A stretch of DNA of 64,000 nt. It comes from the human T2T-CHM13v2.0 reference genome, Homo sapiens. Under the pieces are notes generated by a model, which worked only from the letters and a program-made list of their open reading frames with translations, was not told where the DNA came from and did no database searches. Positions 60,197 through 64,000 of the stretch are shown here, piece after piece. How positions within the stretch are numbered: position 1 is the first letter of the stretch; each line of letters starts with the position of its first letter. The position numbers were made by a program, and so were the translations under genes. Where the stretch lies: assembly GCF_009914755.1 (NCBI RefSeq), contig NC_060929.1. One strand, 5' to 3'.

Positions 60197-61617
60197 CATG
60201 TTCTTATCCTATAATTCTAAGGACAAGAGTATAGTTCTGTAAGAACCAGCTGCTAGGAGTCAGAGAGTGGCTTTGAAGGACAGCAGAGAAGACAGGGACA
60301 AGCGCGGCTTCCACCTGGGAGTAACTGAGAACATTTGTCATCAATAGCAACAATGAAGTACCTACTGAATTCAGTCCATTGTATCATTCAAAGAGAGTTA
60401 ATATGCAGCTCTTACCCTATAGGAATTCTTAATTTGTTTAAAAAATATAATATATATTTAAGGAATAATATATTTTAAGCCTCATGAGAACAAGGAAATA
60501 TCAGTTTTATTTACCATTTTATTCCTAGGATCTAGCATGATGCTTAAACAAAGTTGATGTTCATTATTAAGTAAAGGAGAGAATTTATCTCTAGTGGCTA
60601 TCCTCTGTCAACGGGCAGGGTATCCAGTTGAAGAATGAGAATTCTCAATACCTAGAATGAGAATGTTTACTGATCCAGGACAGAAAGCAGTGAGTTCCTG
60701 TAACATTTTCAGTACTTAACAAATATTTGCTGAATTAAGTTGGATTGAATTGCAGAAGACAACAGCACAGACCAGTGAAGAAAGAACTCATCATCAAAAT
60801 AAAGAATACAGTCTGAAGCCATAAGACCTGGATTTGAATACCAGTTCTATCAACCTCCATTTGTAAAAGTTAATACCACTGGCCACTTTCCTGGAATCTC
60901 ACTTTCAATCTTTTGACCTAAAGAAATGAGAAAAGTGAGAGAGTATAATGGTAGCATACCCCAATTTCCTGGACACTTAGTTAATCCTGTTGTTCTACAG
61001 AAATACAAAGAGGTGAGGAGAGTCAATTTCAGGCTTTGGTAGTTGGTGAATTCTTCCTGGTATGAGAAGGGCAAAATTAGAGATGCAGAATTTAGCTATG
61101 GAGCTGTGAGAGAGTGGAAAAAGATGGAGAATATGGCTCTCGAATTCAAATACTTATACAAGGGCCACTGAAAGTCACATTAACTATTTGGAGCTGTGGC
61201 TTGAACAGTACAAGCCCCATCTATAAGTGGTAGTCAGTTGTCACTGAGGGTCCACCATGGCCCAAATCCATACATTTACATGAAATCTCCCAATTTTTAA
61301 ATGCTGGCAACTAACTTGAAATTAGAAAAACACTATGGTGTTGAGAAAAATGGTGATTGTAGGCAATATCTAGACTCTGGGCTGCCATTTAACCATCTCT
61401 GGCTTAGAAGTAGGGATAAGCTTGCAGTGGTTGGGCTAAGATGAAGCCGGGGCAGGGGTGTGGCCAGAGCAGTGAAGAAGAGTCAGAATCCTTGAGTGGC
61501 AGGCTCTGTTGGACATCAGAGATCAAAGACAATTTTTTGACACATATTCCACTCATATATTCATTCATTTATTTGACAAAGATATAGGAGTGTTAAGCAA
61601 TGTGTACATATAATGAG

Positions 61618-61942
61618 TGTCTTAGTTGTCTTGGGCTACCACAACAACAGAAATTTATTTCTTAGGGTGCCAGTATGGTCAGGTTCTCAGGAGGGCTCTT
61701 TTTCTGGCTTTGTGCTCACTTTACCTTTTCTTTGTGTATGCTGAGAAGAGAGATAAAGAAAGAGGAGAAAGATCTCTGGTGTCTCTTCTTATAAGGGCAC
61801 TAATCTCATCTGAGGGCCTCATCCTGATGACCTCATCCAACCCTAATTATCTCCCAAAGGTCCCAATTCAAAATACCATCACATTGCACGTTAGTGTTTC
61901 AACATGGATGTAACTGGGGGCACAAACATTCAGTCCACTGCA
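61618..61942 (-). mobile_element. MLT1A0-like solo LTR
   Basis: CTTATAAGGGCACTAATC...CCCTAATTATCTCCCAAAGG...CACAAACATTCAGTCC. Confidence 0.85.
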
Positions 61943-62049
61943 ATGGGTAAGATGTGACCCTACTCTAAGGCAATGTTTAGTCTAGATAGGAAGATTATAT
62001 TATATTTTTATTTGTTTTTGAATCTTTGGTAGAACATGCTATACAAAGC

Positions 62050-63220
62050 TACAGATAAACCATTGAGAATCCAGGTAAATAATTTCTCTGATGTACTGGG
62101 CTAGGAGAAGAAGATATCTGAAAAATCTTTAAGGAGAAGGTGGTTTTTATGACATGTTTCAAGTCTTTAAATTTGAACACAAAGAGATGGGTGGGGATTC
62201 TAGACAAGGGGACAATATGAATAAAGACATAAATGTTGAAGGGAAATACTTAATAGGAAACACTGGGAAGTTACATTTGGCTGAACGCAGGATGGCCATT
62301 GGCCAGATCCTGGAGTGATTTTAATTTTAGGCTAAAGTGTTTGGATTTTATTGTATGGGTAGTGGGGCCATTGATTTTTGGGTGAGGAGTAATATAATAA
62401 AAACCATGTTGTGGGATGATTCATCTGAGTGTAATGCATTGGATGGTGTGGAAGAAAGGGTAAAGAGAGCCATGAAATTCTTAGAGATCCTAGTAATATT
62501 CTTGGTGAGAATAATAGATGCTTGACCGGTGTAGTGTCAGAGGTAATGGAGAAGGAAAAAATTACACCAGACATTTAGGTTTCCAGCTGGATTCACTAAC
62601 AGTCTTATGAAGGGGCAAGGAGAAAAAATAAAGACGACTCTGGGGTTTTGAGACTGGGTAATTAGATGATGCTGGTGACCTAAACACAAACTAGGAATGT
62701 AAGATCATGAACAGGCCTGGAAGGGGGCCTGGGGGAGAGTAAGGGTCACATGTGGAATTCTACTGTGTGCATGCTGAGTTTGAGGTACCAGTATGACGGT
62801 TAGATTGAACAGAGAAAGAGATAATATTAGATAGGAGAGGCAGGGCCACTGATGTACATTTTGGAGTCATTTACATAGTGGCAATCTATGATATCCTGGT
62901 AGGGAATAGAGTGTCCCAAGTGAGACTGGAGGAAGAAGAGAAGATGGCTGATGACCCGATCATACTGATGGGGGAATTCAGTCATTTAGGGACCAAAAGA
63001 GGTTGAAGACCAGCAAAAGGGTGGTAGTCAGGGAGATCAGAAAGAATCACGGTGGTGCAGGGTCTCATATGCTTTTGCAAAGAAAGAGTTTCCAGAAAGA
63101 GCGCAGGTGATCAATGGTATTGAGTGTTACCAGGACGTCAAGGAGCTTGAGGACTGAGAATTGGCCACTGGGTTTGGCAATGAGAAACTCACTGGTGACT
63201 TTTGAGAATAGCATCAGAAG
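62050..63220 (-). mobile_element. L2 fragment
   Basis: GCTAAAGTGTTTGGATTTTATT...ATGCTGAGTTTGAGGT...GAGGACTGAGAATTGGCCACTGGGTTTGG. Confidence 0.75.
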
Positions 63221-64000
63221 CAGCTGAGTTGCAACATTTTCCCTAAGCTATAAAGAGGTCCTGCTTTGACCGCCTTTCACCCTCACAGGTATGTATATGT
63301 GCATTTACATAACAAATCCAATGCACACACACACAATAAATTCAACTCAGTGCAGAAGGAGAATAGACATTCACAAATGCTTTATACAATTTTTCTTGTC
63401 ATCTTAGGCACAAGGGGCACAAAATGCTCTTGTATTCAGTCTAAAAACTGAATGCTTATATTTAAAACTAGCCAATAAATAGTTAAAAAATTCTTTCAGT
63501 TCCATTCCAATTCAGAAGATCTATGCATCTCAAAGGACACAAACTACAGGGCCGAAGCTGCCCTGTAAGTAGGACCCCCTGATTGAACAATCGCTCAGTG
63601 AGGAGCCTCTTTTCTGTGAGCTATCTGGCAGCCAGACATGTTTATGAGCTTTTTAAAAAGCCCTGCAAAGGCCTAAAGGCTGAAGGCATACAGAGAAGAC
63701 ATGTATTTACCTTGTAATGCCAATATGGAGATCTCACTCACATCCCAGGCCTTACTTCTATGGGACAGGAAAATTGCAACTGATGATGGTTGCAAATGCC
63801 AACAATTGCTGGGATTTTCTGCACCAGGTTTTGTTTTCAAATAGTGCTGAAAGTGTTAATGTACCCAAAAGCTGCCAATTGCAGCCTCAACCTGGATGAA
63901 CCCTGTGCTGGGAGAGAGGCATTGGAGAGCCTTTTATTCATTTGGTAATTATACAGCAATGGATATTTCACGCATTTTTAGAAATGGAGAGTGGAATGAG

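Overview
Human, repeat-dense intronic or intergenic DNA. I found no recognisable host protein-coding exon, RNA gene or CpG island. Nearly all of the short ORFs in the supplied track are chance ORFs or come from Alu, L1, LTR or simple repeats. The dominant feature is a young human-specific LINE-1 (L1HS, pre-Ta ACG/G diagnostics) at 14466-19972, inserted into an older ERV1-type solo LTR with a 9-bp TSD. It has a twin-priming 5' inversion. ORF1 is intact. ORF2 is split into two stop-free halves on opposite strands with no coding loss, and the two halves share a 14-bp duplicated sequence that now forms an inverted repeat around the flipped segment. A second complex zone (46-55 kb) is a nest of old L1s. 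It contains a 1.8-kb AT-rich multi-unit minisatellite, a 36-bp perfect palindrome, and a 36-bp insertion that is an exact reverse-complement copy of sequence 4.7 kb away. The rest consists of Alus (two inverted pairs), MaLR/ERVL LTRs, MER DNA transposons, L2/MIR fragments and a few candidate regulatory patches. Subfamily names for old repeats are from recalled consensus sequences, and their boundaries are approximate.
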